Position numbers and translations under genes: made by a program. Positions 34,431 through 46,600 of a DNA stretch of 64,000 nucleotides are shown one piece after another. The DNA lies in the NCBI GenBank assembly GCA_037447605.1, contig JBBHKD010000010.1:16987-80986 (forward strand), read 5' to 3'. How positions within the stretch are numbered: position 1 is the stretch's first letter; every line of letters starts with the position of its first letter. The DNA is from Zygnema circumcarinatum SAG 698-1b (taxonomy: Eukaryota > Plantae > Zygnematophyceae). Under the pieces are notes generated by a model. That model ran no database searches. It worked only from the letters and a program-made list of their open reading frames with translations, and was not told the origin of the DNA.

Positions 34431-37400
34431 TGTTGATGTATGAGGTACATCAAGGTGTTGGTACTTAGTTCCTAGCATGAATGTTGTCCGGGAGATCAAT
34501 GTGCTGGTATAGGGACAATGTCATGCATGAACGGTCATGTTTGGTGTAAGGACGGACATAGGGGTGCCTTACGTATCATTAGGGCACGCATGCGGCAGGT
34601 CTAGGAATAGTCTAGGGTGCGTAGGTTTGCGGCTTTGACTTGGGAATCGGACAAAGGGGCGGCGGAGTGCTTGGACAGATTGGAGGCGGCTGTACGGGCC
34701 CGGCGCGCTTGAGTATACGGACAGCCCAGCGGAAGTTTTGCGGGCAGCGATTTGGAAGCGGCGGGGGCGGATTTGTGTGGCGACATGATTGGTGCGACAG
34801 CCGCATAAAACTTGGCCGCATCCTCTGAAGGTAATGACGTGACGCAGGGTTAGAGCAGTAATGGGTGGAGAACTTGTGAGATGTTTGGGTCGCTGATTGG
34901 TGCTTGGCCAGCGGTGTGTGGAGAATGCAGACCGGCTGAGTCTTGGCGAGTCGCATAAAGTACCCTGACGGCGATTCTGATTGGTGGCGCGCGGAGAGCA
35001 AAGTGCGGCAGCGAGCGACAAGGGAATGTCGGCAGATGAGGCAGCGCCATGTGGACCACTTCGCCCGGGTGGTTAAGCTGGCTCGGAAGTGTCTGGTGGC
35101 GAAGAATGCCTGCGAGGGGCTGGCGGCGGCGGAACTGTACGGGTGGCGGACCCAAGAACTGGAGTCGGTGCCATCGTGCCAGGTTTCACGGCGCGCAGCG
35201 GTAAGCTAATTCTGAGTGCGCCCACTCAGCGGAATACAGGGCGGTCGTGGCGTGACAATTGTGTCACGTCACATCGCCATGGTGCCCAAGAGAGAGCAAG
35301 CTTGGCTCTCCTCTCAAACTCACTAACTCAGCTCAACTCTCTCTGAATGTATCTTTGCTCACATGGGTGGTTGTTTAGGAAGAAACAGCGAGGTTGGCGT
35401 AGAGAATCCCGACCTTATTATATGAAGGTCGTAAGAGGAACTAGCTCTCATCATGCTAAGCTTTAGTAGAAGAAGTTAGATGATGTGTCCCTCATATGTT
35501 GAGGTAAGAGGAGGAGTTCATGGAGGCGATAAGTGCCGTCACTGCGGTCGGGGTGTAGAGCTATCGGAGAGAATGGATAGCTCATGTGAGGAGGAGAATC
35601 TAGCATAAGGGATTATGTGAATTTCCTCAAAGAGCTTGTATTACACTCTTGAAGTTTAAGAGTTTTATGGCGTGGGCTTTCTCCTTATTCTTGCATCATT
35701 TGTCATGTGAGTCCTGCGTGTTGGATTGGCGTGGTGGATGAGTGGAGGCAGCCATTGTATGGGCGGTGTGTTGCTCCACACGAGGAGATCATTGAAGGAG
35801 CGTGGACTTGAGGAGCCGAGACCATGGAGGAGTTGAAGTGTTCTTGTAGGTGTCGCTTTTAGTTTTCCGCTGTGCGCACCTGGCAAGGGGTGGATGGAAG
35901 CCAGATCGTGGAGGAAGTGGTATGTGGCCCAAGTGGAAGTTGAAGAAAGTTTTTGATCTTCATCCGGGCATGTGTTTATCCCTTCCTTGAAGTCTTACGG
36001 GCCTTGCACCAACAAGTGGTATCCCGAGCTAAGGTTGAAGTCTTGGAGCATTTGGTGCTTAGGTTAGTCTTAGAGCTTATAGTTGTAATCCGAAAAAGAG
36101 TACCAAGTGAGTGAGGGTCTTGGGCATACTAGAGTGGGGTTTGGATCCTTGAGAGTATGAGTTAAAGAGATAGATCCTTGACTAGAGAAAGGCTGAATGG
36201 ATAGTTCTTTGGGGGAGCTGAATAGTTGGCGCAAGGTACCAAAAGGATAGCTATGGTCAAACTCGGAGTACGTTTATGGTTTTAAGTTTGTAGCAAAACA
36301 AGTTGCTGGAATGTCTCAGTTTTGAGTAGTCACAAGGAGAGGATGCGTTTGGATTACTAGTCTTGACAGCTCGAGGAAAAGAGTGCGAAAGAAGGCTAGC
36401 CTAACGACATTGATTCTAACGTCGTTTTGAGAGATCCGGCTCAAGGGAGTCAAGGTCTGGCGGCATGGAGGTGCTGCATTGAGTAGCACACACTTGACGT
36501 GACCCAACTCAGCGGAGTTGGAGGAGGCAACGTGAGAGACGCACAAGCAAGGGTGGCCTAACCCTTTGGGAGCTTTTATGCTCGGATATGTTGAAGGCGA
36601 AGTTGCTTCATCAAAGGATTCGAGGGGAGGACTTACCTGCACTTCGAGAAGTGGAGAAGGCTCCAGTTCCATATCGAGATTGCCACGGTATGTGGAGGGG
36701 ACTGCCCTCCCAAGCACGCTCTTGGGATTAGAGACTAGCTTTGGAGTTAGAGACTAACAAACTGGAATCTTCACATCTGTTGTGGGAGAGGCTAAGAGAG
36801 GTGTAGAGTGGCAAGGAGTGCCACGTAAGGAATTAGTTCACTTTAGATGCGTCTGGGGTGAAGGGGGCCCAAGATCTAGGATCTAGGGGAGAAAGCTGCC
36901 CAGGAATCATTGCTTAAATCCTGACTAGTCTGGTGGACAGATCTAGTGGAATTGATAGTCACTAAAGATGTTAGTAAAGGACCACTAAGGAGGAGTTTAG
37001 GGAATTCCCCGAGGAGTAGNNNNNNNNNNAGAGGTAGGGAGGTCGCAACTTTCTACAAGGAGTTTACTTCACCGAGGAGTAGATGTAGCAAAAGGATTAG
37101 AGTGGATAGAGTCAAGAAGCGTTGACAACCATTCAAGGAGGGGCAAGGCTGAAGTCGGACGAGGAGGATTCCATTCCAAGTCGACATTATGCAGCCTGGA
37201 GCTTGTGGAGATCATTTTGCTAACAAACTTGCAGGGTTGATTCTTGTGGAGGGATCATTCGGATCCAAGGAGATCTCGGCATGGTGGCTCAGTTGTGTCC
37301 AGACGTGGACCTGATCTTTGTTCGAAGAGTTTGCTGGGAGTGCACGCCTAGTTTACTCGGGAACAAGGGATAGAAATTTTCAGAGGAGGAGCCAAGTTGC

Positions 37401-38822
37401 TGAACTCAAGAGGAGGCAAGAGGAGCTGATGGATCTCGAAGGAGAAGTGGCGTACAGCTGCCTTGGAAGTCAAGGTGCAGTACTTTTAGACCACTGATTT
37501 TTTATTTGAATTTTTTTCTTTAAAAGGTGAAATTATTTTGGAGGCAAGCAGGTGAAGCTAGATGCAGATGGAGACCCTTGTGAAGGGAGAGAGCGGAGTA
37601 GCTTGTACTTCTTCGAAAAGAGGAAGGTGCAGCGGTGGACGTTGGCACGACAGCTTGTGGAGCTCGGCATCAAAGAACTCGGTCACTCAAGCTGGTAGAG
37701 CTTGAGGGTGCTTGCAAGGACTAGAATCTTCAGAGGTGCCTAGGTCCGGAAGTCACAAAGAGACGAGAGCATGCGACATGGAGCTACAGCGTGGTCGCAC
37801 TCATGAGGGATGGCGCTCTGAACAGGTACCGCTGGCCTTGCACCTTTTATTGATAGACTTTTGAGGGAGATTTCCGGTTTTCCCTCAAAGGGAAGAAAGA
37901 TGATGAGACTTCGGTACATGGTTAGGAGGTGCTTCTAGTGTAGCCCGAAAGACTAATCATGCTTATCATTAGCGGAGGAGCAGCAAGACCATAGGCTGGA
38001 GATGCTGACTTCAGATGACCTTTCTCCGGAGTGGGAGAAATGAAGAAGAGGCTATGATAGTGGAGGCTGAGCAGTTTTGAAGCGTTGAAGAGAAGACCTT
38101 GAAGATTCGAGGAGCTGCAAGTGATCATGGAGATCAAGTGGCGGCAAGGAGCGCTTGAGGGCGCGGCTGGTGGCAACGGAATCAAGGGAGAGGCAGAGTG
38201 TGGAGATTGTCATCATGATGATGGTGCAGTACACTTCCCTTCTTGGCATTCCTTAGAAAGTCACTAAGCTGGAGTGAGGTGTTTTCAAATGCATATGAAA
38301 GGTGCAGAAATTACACTCGTTGAGATTTTGACACGCAATCAAGAAAGTGTCAAGCAGGGTTTGTAGGACTTTGATAGAGGAAGAGGAACATCTAGTTTGC
38401 TGGCTCATTGATGGAGTAGGTGAGCAGAATTTAGACCCCAAAGGTGGAGTACAAGAGGAGGGTGCCGAGATGACGAAGCTAGAGATGGCTTTGGAGGACC
38501 AGTCCTTGTACAAGGAGGCTGTTTAGCTTAAGAGGGGGTAGGTAAGGTGTTCAGGTTTGGCCTTTGCAGATGGTGCTAAGGAGAGCTTGTCCATGGGGGA
38601 TGAGTTAGTTCATAGTGTGAGGTCCCAGGATCGTGTAGAGGAAGTTGTTGGAGGAGGAGGCACTTCATTTGGGAGGAGGCCTACAACAAATGGCGAGAGT
38701 ACCACGAGGAAGATTCGGAGGACAGCTTTGAACGACCTCATGTTTATGAGGGGGTGAGCGGCAATGGAGAAGACGACATTTTGGATGTGTGAGTTGGGAG
38801 GAGAAGTTGGGACTTCTCGGGT
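34431..38822 (+). mobile_element. Family D element: ~1.58-kb 5' LTR (34431-36014), PBS, decayed internal region
   Basis: TGTTGATG...GCACCAACA followed by AGTGGTATC. The internal sequence has no long ORF, only faint copia-like remnants (CFKC ~38280, WLID ~38400). Confidence 0.7.
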
Positions 38823-38832
38823 NNNNNNNNNN

Positions 38833-39884
38833 GTGACTGTCGTCACCCAACCAACGTACCGGCATTCGGTTGCACCCCTGCCCTGGGCTGCGCCACCCTC
38901 TGAAGCTCTCTCTCTCTCTCTCGCTCTCTCCCTCTCGCTGAACTCTGAGTGCTGGTGTGCTATTCCGCGCAGGCTGAAGGAGTTAGATTTCAGCCGTTAC
39001 ATTTGGTATCAGAGCCCGTTGCGGCCTTCCTCTTTTAGGAGGACCTGTTGGTCATGGTGACCACTCGCCGGGCCGGAGGGGACCCGGGGCCCTCGGGGCC
39101 GCCACCTCCACCACCCGTCCCCCGGGACGAGGAGATGGAGGATCACTCAGAGACTGCGCCGGTCCCCATGGAGGGGCCCAGTCCCGAACCCACGGATGGC
39201 CAAGGCCATCCGGCGCATCCTGCCCCTTCCCCCACGCAGCCGATGCAAGCAGCGGCGGAAGTTCCCGCGTCCTTCCCCATGGATGAGACGTTCATCACTG
39301 TGGGAGCTGGCGCGATCCTAAGGAAAAGGATCGCAGATTTGGGGAAGGAGGTGACTCAGGTCGTCACGGACACCAGGGGTTACCCTAGGAGGATGGACGA
39401 CATGGAGCTTATGGTCCGCCGACTGGTGGACACGCTCCAAATGGACTTCAGGGGCCTGGCGGAGAGGCTCCAACGGATCGAAGAAGGTATGCCCCGAAGC
39501 CCCCCTCAGGCTGTAGAGGCAGTGGATGCAGCAGGTCCTAGGGAAGGGGTTAGGCATACCACTCCGGTCGCGTCGTCGTTACCGACGCCTCACCCGGCCG
39601 CCGGAAGCAGCCGGCAGAAGTCCGCACCCCCTGGCTTGTCCACAGGGGGGAGTCACCCCCACGGGGGTGGCAAACCACCCAGCAGTGGGGGACCCCCGTC
39701 TGGGGCAGCTGGTGGGGGCGGGGGAGATCCCGGTCCTCGGGCTGCTCCTCCGCAACCTACTGAGGATGCCAAGCGGAATCGGGCCAAAGTGGCCCCGATT
39801 TCCGTTTGGGGTGAACATCCTAACACGGACTGCTCGATTGAGCAGTGGTTGGGTCAAACGAAGGGTTACCTTCTGGCGACCAAC
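38833..39884 (+). mobile_element. gag: G1 gypsy 5' LTR end (to 39001), PBS and gag N-terminus
   Basis: CCGTTACA-TT-TGGTATCAGAGCC. ORF MVTTRR... is Pro-rich and then reads CSIEQWLGQTKGYL, homologous to 25850-25990 and 58330-58450. Confidence 0.85.
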
Positions 39885-40225
39885 TGTAGCGAAACGCTAT
39901 ACATGTGTTGTATGGCCTAGTACTTACATCCGCGGTTGCCTTTTAATGGTAAAGCACTGGTGTGGGTACCGAGAGGTCTTGTGTTCAAACCTTGTAGTTG
40001 GCAGGTTTGTTACATTGGTATCAGAGCCAGTGCCCGGTATTTGTAATCCACCCTAAAAACACCCTGATCTCTGAGCATGCTACGGAACCCGTTCCTTAGT
40101 GGCCTGAGGGGCTAAGGCCGTAGTCCATGTGTTGAAGGAGCTTGAACGCTGCTCGTGAAAACCCTTGAGTGCGCTCGAGGACGCGCCCGGTTTAGGTGGG
40201 GAGGAATGTAGCGAAACGCTATACA
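39885..40225 (+). mobile_element. TRIM copy 2 (LTR 39885-40014, PBS, 192-bp interior, PPT, 3' LTR cut at 40225)
   Basis: Colinear with the empty 18145-30305 element. Inserted in G1 gag and interrupted by a copia A LTR. Confidence 0.9.
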
Positions 40226-41351
40226 TGTTGGTGTACATAGTTAGTTCAGATTAGCATGTTTGTGTTGGCGCTTAGTTCCTAGGGGTGTGCTTCTAGGTGT
40301 GACATGTATGGGGACGGACTTACTTCAGCGTGCGCGCGGCGGCGAGACCGACCACGCAACCGTACGGATAGTATGGACCGTACGGACAGTACGGCCGGGA
40401 GTCCGACATTTGGTACCGCGCCGAGGAATCGGTCCTGGAGTACGGAATCGAGGAATGATGNNNNNNNNNNGGTCCATCGTGGGCCATTCGTGCGAAGAGG
40501 AGATGGAGAGGGGCGCGCCAAGGAGCCGTTGGCGCTTGTGCACACAGACTTGTGTGGCCCCATCACCCCAGCGAGCTTGGGAGGAAGTCGATATTTCATC
40601 ACTTTCCTTGATGACTACTCACGAAAGATTTGGGTGGTGCTCTTGACACAGAAGTCTGACGCTTATCCAGCCTTCAGAGCTTGGAAGATGCGTGCAGAGC
40701 GGGAGAGCGGCCATCTACTCAAGAACCTCTAGTTCACGAGAGGAGACAGCCAGCATGCCGCATAAGTTGGTGGCTTCAGAACCACGTGCAGCGGCGAATG
40801 AAGAGTTGCTGGAGGAGATGGCTGTTGAGCCAAAGGAGGATGCACCAGCTCCAATGCGAGTTGTAGAGCAGCCTCAAGAGCATCTCTCCGTGATGGAGAA
40901 GACAAGTGGGAGGACCAGGCGGCCTCCAAATCGTTTCAGTCCGGCTGTGCCTACGAAGCGCATGCGGAAGAGAGCACAAAAGAATGCCCAGGATCATTCT
41001 GCATCATTCTCAGGTGACATGGACATGATTGCCCATTGTTACATGGCCCATGTTGTTGAGCCTCAGACTTACGGGGAAGCTGTTGAGGGGCCAGATTAGA
41101 TCAAGTGGCAGGAGGCCATTGATAGTGAGTGGAACAGTCTGATTGAGAATCAGACTTGGCGCTTGGAGAAGCTCCCACCTGGGAGGCGTGCCATCGGCTG
41201 CAAATGGGTCTTCAAGGTGAAGAGGAAGGCGGACGGCAGCATTGATAGGTACAAGGCGCGACTCGTGGCCAAGGGCTACAGTCAGAAGGAAAGAGTTGAC
41301 TACACAGAGACCTTCGCTCCTGTGGTGAAGTTCAACTCCCTCCGCTCCCTC
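40226..41351 (+). mobile_element. Copia A fragment: LTR start, internally deleted integrase, RT start with premature stop
   Basis: LTR matches 9658+. VHTDLCGP integrase motif; TAG at 41097-41099. Confidence 0.85.
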
Positions 41352-41361
41352 NNNNNNNNNN

Positions 41362-43647
41362 CCCTGTGAGGATGTGAACGCCCTCGTTCACGTGTGTGGG
41401 GTAGTAAAGGCAGCTCGTAGTTTCAACGGCACGCGTCGAACTCTACGTGATAACCGGGAGGGCTCAGCGATAATCCCGGTCAAGTCCCTTTCCGAGTTGC
41501 GCGGGGACGGCTCAGGAACCCCCCGAGCCGCCCTCGCCCGCTCTCCTGCGGCCTGCGCCTCCCAGTACAAATTGATGAGCTCTTGGCAATTGGTTAAGTT
41601 GCCCTCGGCTTCCCATGTGCTATGTTCAACCCCATAGCCCAACCATTTCACGAGGTATTCGTGACGGGAAGATCGACCTTTTCTCACAAGACGGTGGGCT
41701 TGAATGGTTTCAACTTCGTACTCAAGTTCACCCTCAAGCTCCACTAGTGGGGGAGGTGGCTGGATCCTCCCATCGCTACGGTAGACCTTTAGCAAGCCCA
41801 CATGAAAGACCGGATGCACCTTCATGTGGGATGGTAAATCCAACCTGTAAGCGACATCATTGATTCGCTTCAGGACCTTAAAAGGTCCTATGAAAACGGG
41901 CCACAAAATTTTACGCGGTTCACCATAAGCTTTGAGTCGTAGTTCGCCGTGTACTTAGCAACACCTCACGCCTCTATCGGGAAGGTGAGTCGGGTGCACG
42001 TGACTGGGCCAACATAGGCCTTTTTGTCGCGATCGGCTGCCAGCGTGGTTCCGCTGCGTTCTCCGCAAATAAGCCTCGCATGCTTGTCGACAAAAGATCT
42101 GGATCTGGAGGTTGAGTCCCATCAGTCCCTCTCAGCTTCCAAGGATCGGGGGTTCTGTGGACGCCCATGTTCCACGGATCAGGGGGCTGATCCCTTGGTT
42201 GCAGGGGATTTAGAGGATGCTGGCCAAAGTTCAAGAAGAAAGGGGTGGTACCAATGGACTCCTGGAAAGCATTATTGATGGCGTACTCTGCCACTGGGAG
42301 CAGTTCGTCCCACCCATCCGGGGTAGGTCCCACATAATGCCGGAGGTAATCCTCCAGGATCCTGTTCACCCGTTCCGTCTGGCCATCGGTTTGCGGGTGG
42401 AAAGCTGTACTCAACGCCTGCTTGGTCCCAACGATTTTGCGTTACCCCCGCCCAAAAAATGGCTGGTGAATCGCGGGATCACGGGCCGACACAATTTCGA
42501 CCAAGACCATGCCGGCTCCACACTTTGTCGTAACATACAATCGCACTTCATTTTACCCCAAATGTTTTAGTAGTTGGTGCAAAGTGCACCATCTTGCTGA
42601 GTCGATCGACAAAGACTAGGATGGAGTCATGCCCCCGAGGTGTCACAGGAAGATCTGTGATCAAGTCCATACCCACACTATCCCATTTCCGAAAAGGAGG
42701 TGTGAGGGGATGCAGCTGGCCAGGGATCCTGCCAGTGCGGGGTTTGTTTCGTTGACAAGTTGGACAAGCGAGTACATACGCTTTCACATCCCTCGAGAGT
42801 CCAGGCCACCAGAACTCTCGGAGCAGTGCCTCACGGGTTTTGGCAACTCCCATGTGACCTCGGTACGGAGGATCATGTAGCTCACCCAGAATGCGCTGCC
42901 GTACAGTCCCGGCCTTGGGCACGACCAACCGCTGGCCGCGGGTACCAAAAATCCGTCCTAGATTAACCACTTCTTGTCCTTATAGCCACTACCTTGGCCA
43001 TCCAGAATAAAGGATCATTTCGCGATACCCCTCCTAGATCATCCGCCTCCCAGATCGTAGAGAAGGTGGAGGGTTTCGATCAAGGCCAACGGGTGGAGGG
43101 ATTCATGACAAAGCATACCGGAGACGCGAGACTCTGGTTACGTACTTCACCTTCATTATCTGCTCCACCAACACCCGAGTCGACGAAAGTGCACCATCCG
43201 TGCAAGATGCCGGGTCGCTCGCCAAGGTCGGCTACATCTTCAAATTTCCCCGGCCGACATAGACCCACCGGCACAAACCTTTGAGGAATCCCGCCGTGAC
43301 CCGCGGCTCACGCTTGTGACAAGGCCCATATTGGGTAGAGAGAGGGTGTCGTCACCGGCTGCGGTGGTCGCGACTGCGACTTTCGCCCCTCTAGTCAGCA
43401 CCGCCATGTCCTCATATGGACCAATCAAGTAAAGCGCTCTGCTCAAGGTGTAATAGTTGCGCTTTAGTGGGATTCATTTTGCGACTTTCATACGCCAGAG
43501 GTTGACCATCTTGAAACAAGACGGCACCCAAGGCGAATCCCGAAGCATCACAAACCACTTCATAAGGTTTGGACGGGGTCCGCTAAACGGAGAGTGGGTG
43601 CGGTAACAAGTGCATGGCGCACACCTTCGAATGCATCCTGGCATTCA
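41362..43647 (-). mobile_element. G1 gypsy fragment: RNase H, integrase, chromodomain
   Basis: FIGPFKVLKRINDVAYRLDLP, chromodomain, VGMDLITDLP. Confidence 0.88.
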
Positions 43648-43656
43648 NNNNNNNNN

Positions 43657-46600
43657 NCGGACGCCATATTATATAGTGCATAGTTTTATTATGGGAAGTA
43701 ACCCACCCACACTACTTTGTCATAGTCTCGGGTCTTATTCTGTGCCTGCTCGTGCTGCTAGGCTGCCTACACTTGTGTCGTGAGGTAGTGAGTGAGAGGG
43801 ACCTTGAAGTAGTGGGAGAACTTCATTGTGGGAAGACAGTTTTATTATAAGGAGTTTTAGAGCCGTGAGCTTTCTCCTAACACTCTCTCATTGTGATTTC
43901 CGCTGTGCTTGTCTTGTAGCTTCATTCTGTTGTTATGGGCGATGAGTGAAGTAAGATAGAGCTTTGAGTGTTTGAATGTCTTCATCCGTGGGAACTCAAG
44001 TTCCAATGGAGGGCGACACCCAAGGTGGCGCCGGAAGTGGGGAGCAAACCCCTGCTTCAACAAGTGGTATCAGAGCCCAAGGTGGCGAGGAAGACCACGT
44101 GAAGTTCAGCATCCCAGCGTTCGATGGTTCGGACTACAAGGGGTGGAGATGGCGGCTGGTTCCCTTGCTCGTGGGCAAGGGGCTGTTGGGGTACGTTGAC
44201 GGCACCATCAAGGCACCGGTGCAGCCGGAGGGAGCCACGGCGGAGCGGCAGTCGGAGTTCGACACAGCGCTCGCCAGATGGAGGACCAAGGACAACAAGG
44301 CCCTCACCCAGATCGTCATGAGCGTGAGGGGAAGTCCCTCTTCCATGCTGTATGACCTTAAGACTTCACATGCTATGTGGAGATGCTTAGAGGAGATGTA
44401 TGATGTAAAGGATAACGTAACGATAGTCAGCCTTTACACGCAGCTTGGGAAAATGAAGATGTCCTCGGAAGAGAAGCTGAGTGAATATATGGTCAGATTT
44501 GATACTCTAATGGAGAGATTTGAGGCCACGCGAAAACCAAGTAGAGGGAGACTACAAATCAGCCAGCTTCTGGGGACTACCCGCCGATTTGATGTGGCAG
44601 CTGAGTTTTAGGACCTGCTCTAACGAACACCGATGACCCTTGAGCAAGTGAAACGGAGGATCAAGGAGGAGAACACCGCCCAAGACGTTGGAGGCACCGA
44701 GGAGAAGGTAAGTTATGCCGCACTCCACGGCTAAAGTTCAAGAGGAGGCGCCGAGCACCGGGGAACGACTCGCCGAGCCGCAGCTACACGCGGCAAGAAG
44801 ACCGCCACTCTCGCCGACTGTTACAAGAACAAGAACACCCAAAATCGTAAGGAGCATCACATCCGGCCAAGAAGGGATTCAAGGGAATCCGCTAAATGCA
44901 AGAAGTTGCGCCATATATCGATTGCAGAGTGGCGAGACGGTCTCATACCGACCGAACATTCTGATTTTGTTGGGAAGATCCAGTGTCACGGATCCGTTTA
45001 GCCATGGTCGTATCGACTCGGGCGCTCCACGACATGTGTGGGCGCATAAGCTGCATGCCTCTCTAAGGCCGACACCTTGGAGAGGACCGACTGCTCACTC
45101 CCAAGAACCTGAGGAGGGAGTGATAGCTACATAAAAGGAGGTGTAGTAAAGATGATGATCCTCGGAGGCGGCTACATCATCACGAAGAAGAAAGAGAAGA
45201 AGCGGTTGTGCATGGGTGGCGTACTTACGCACCACGATCTGAAAGCAGAACTTAAATGTCCCGGTCAGAGTCAAGTAATAGCAGAGAGTGCAGTCACCTT
45301 TAAGGAGAAGTTCAGCTACCTACTGAGTCGGGAAGGGCTGGGCTGCCGAGGGGTAAGTATGAGAAGCTGGAGGCCCAGATACCTTCATTATAGGAGAGAA
45401 GAAGATGAGGGTGTGATGGCCGTAACTGAGGGTGCAGTAAATCTCTGGCATCGTAGACTTGGTCATCTAAACCATAGGGGACTGCAAAAGCTTGCTGCAA
45501 AGGGGCAGGTCCGCGGGTTAGACGTTGAAGTAGTTGAGAAGGAGCAAGGCTGTTGCAAAGAGTGTGTAGAGGGGAAAGCGCACAGGAGACCTTTCTCGAG
45601 GAGTGGAGAGGAGTCATTTCACGCGCAAGAGAAACTGGAATTGGTTCATACCGATTTGTGTGGACCCGTGACACCGGCAACGAGTGGAGGAGCTCGCTAC
45701 TTCATCACCTTCCTCGACGATTTTTCGAGGAAAATTTGGGTGAAAATTCTCAAGTACAAATCTGAAGCTTTCGGAGCGTTCAGAGATTGGCAGACTCAGA
45801 TGGAGCGAGAGAGCGGTCAGAACATGAAGACGCTCCGCTCGGACAACGGAGGGGAATTCAAGTCGAAGTGGAGTTCAAGTGGTACTTGAAGGCTCGCTTT
45901 AATAGTGCATGAATTTTCCGGCCTTACCCTCAAAGAATGGAGTCAGCCGAGAGGGTCATTGTGATCATTGGGGATACATGGCACCTTAATTATGCCGAAG
46001 GACATTCCCCTTCCTAAGAGATCCTTAGAGAGGTACACAAGTGGATGACCGCGAACTTACCTTAGAAATAGATGCCCATCTTCAGGCTTAAAGATCGTGT
46101 CTCAAGAGGTGTGGAGTGGGAGGAAACCCACGTGTGTCCCAATCGGCCATCTGAGCGCCACCGGCCGGCCTAGGACACAAGGCCGGGCTACGCAGGCGTA
46201 TGAGTAGAAAGTTCGGACTCAGCCGCGGGAAGTAGTACCTTCGGCTGGGCTGATGGGATGTACGTGACCTACCGGGTGGAACCCTCGAGCAAACGAAGTG
46301 CAGAGCTCGAGAGACGTTACGGTGGACGAGAAGGGAGCGGTGACTCGGCTAGGTGAGACCCGCACCCCAAAGGCAGGTTTGGAAATTGTGTACGAGGATG
46401 TGGAGACCNGCGAAGAAGGCATGGACGCCTCGTGTCCTGTTTCCAGGAGATTCCACGCCCGGAAACAGGGAGCTGAGCTCTGGCAACGCCAACGTGGAGG
46501 CGTCGCGGGAGTTGAATTCCGGTGGAGCCGTAGTTTAGAGCCGCAACCTTCGACGCGACGCACTACTACACACTCCAATTGTCCGACGAGGAGAACTCGG

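Noticed and set aside
39900-40000. Functional tRNA gene, or 5S rRNA (Cassandra) segment, in the TRIM LTR
   Set aside because: The anticodon loop is 6 nt and the acceptor and T stems are imperfect. 5S similarity is limited to short words (TAGTACTT, ATACCGGG). Kept only as tRNA-like.
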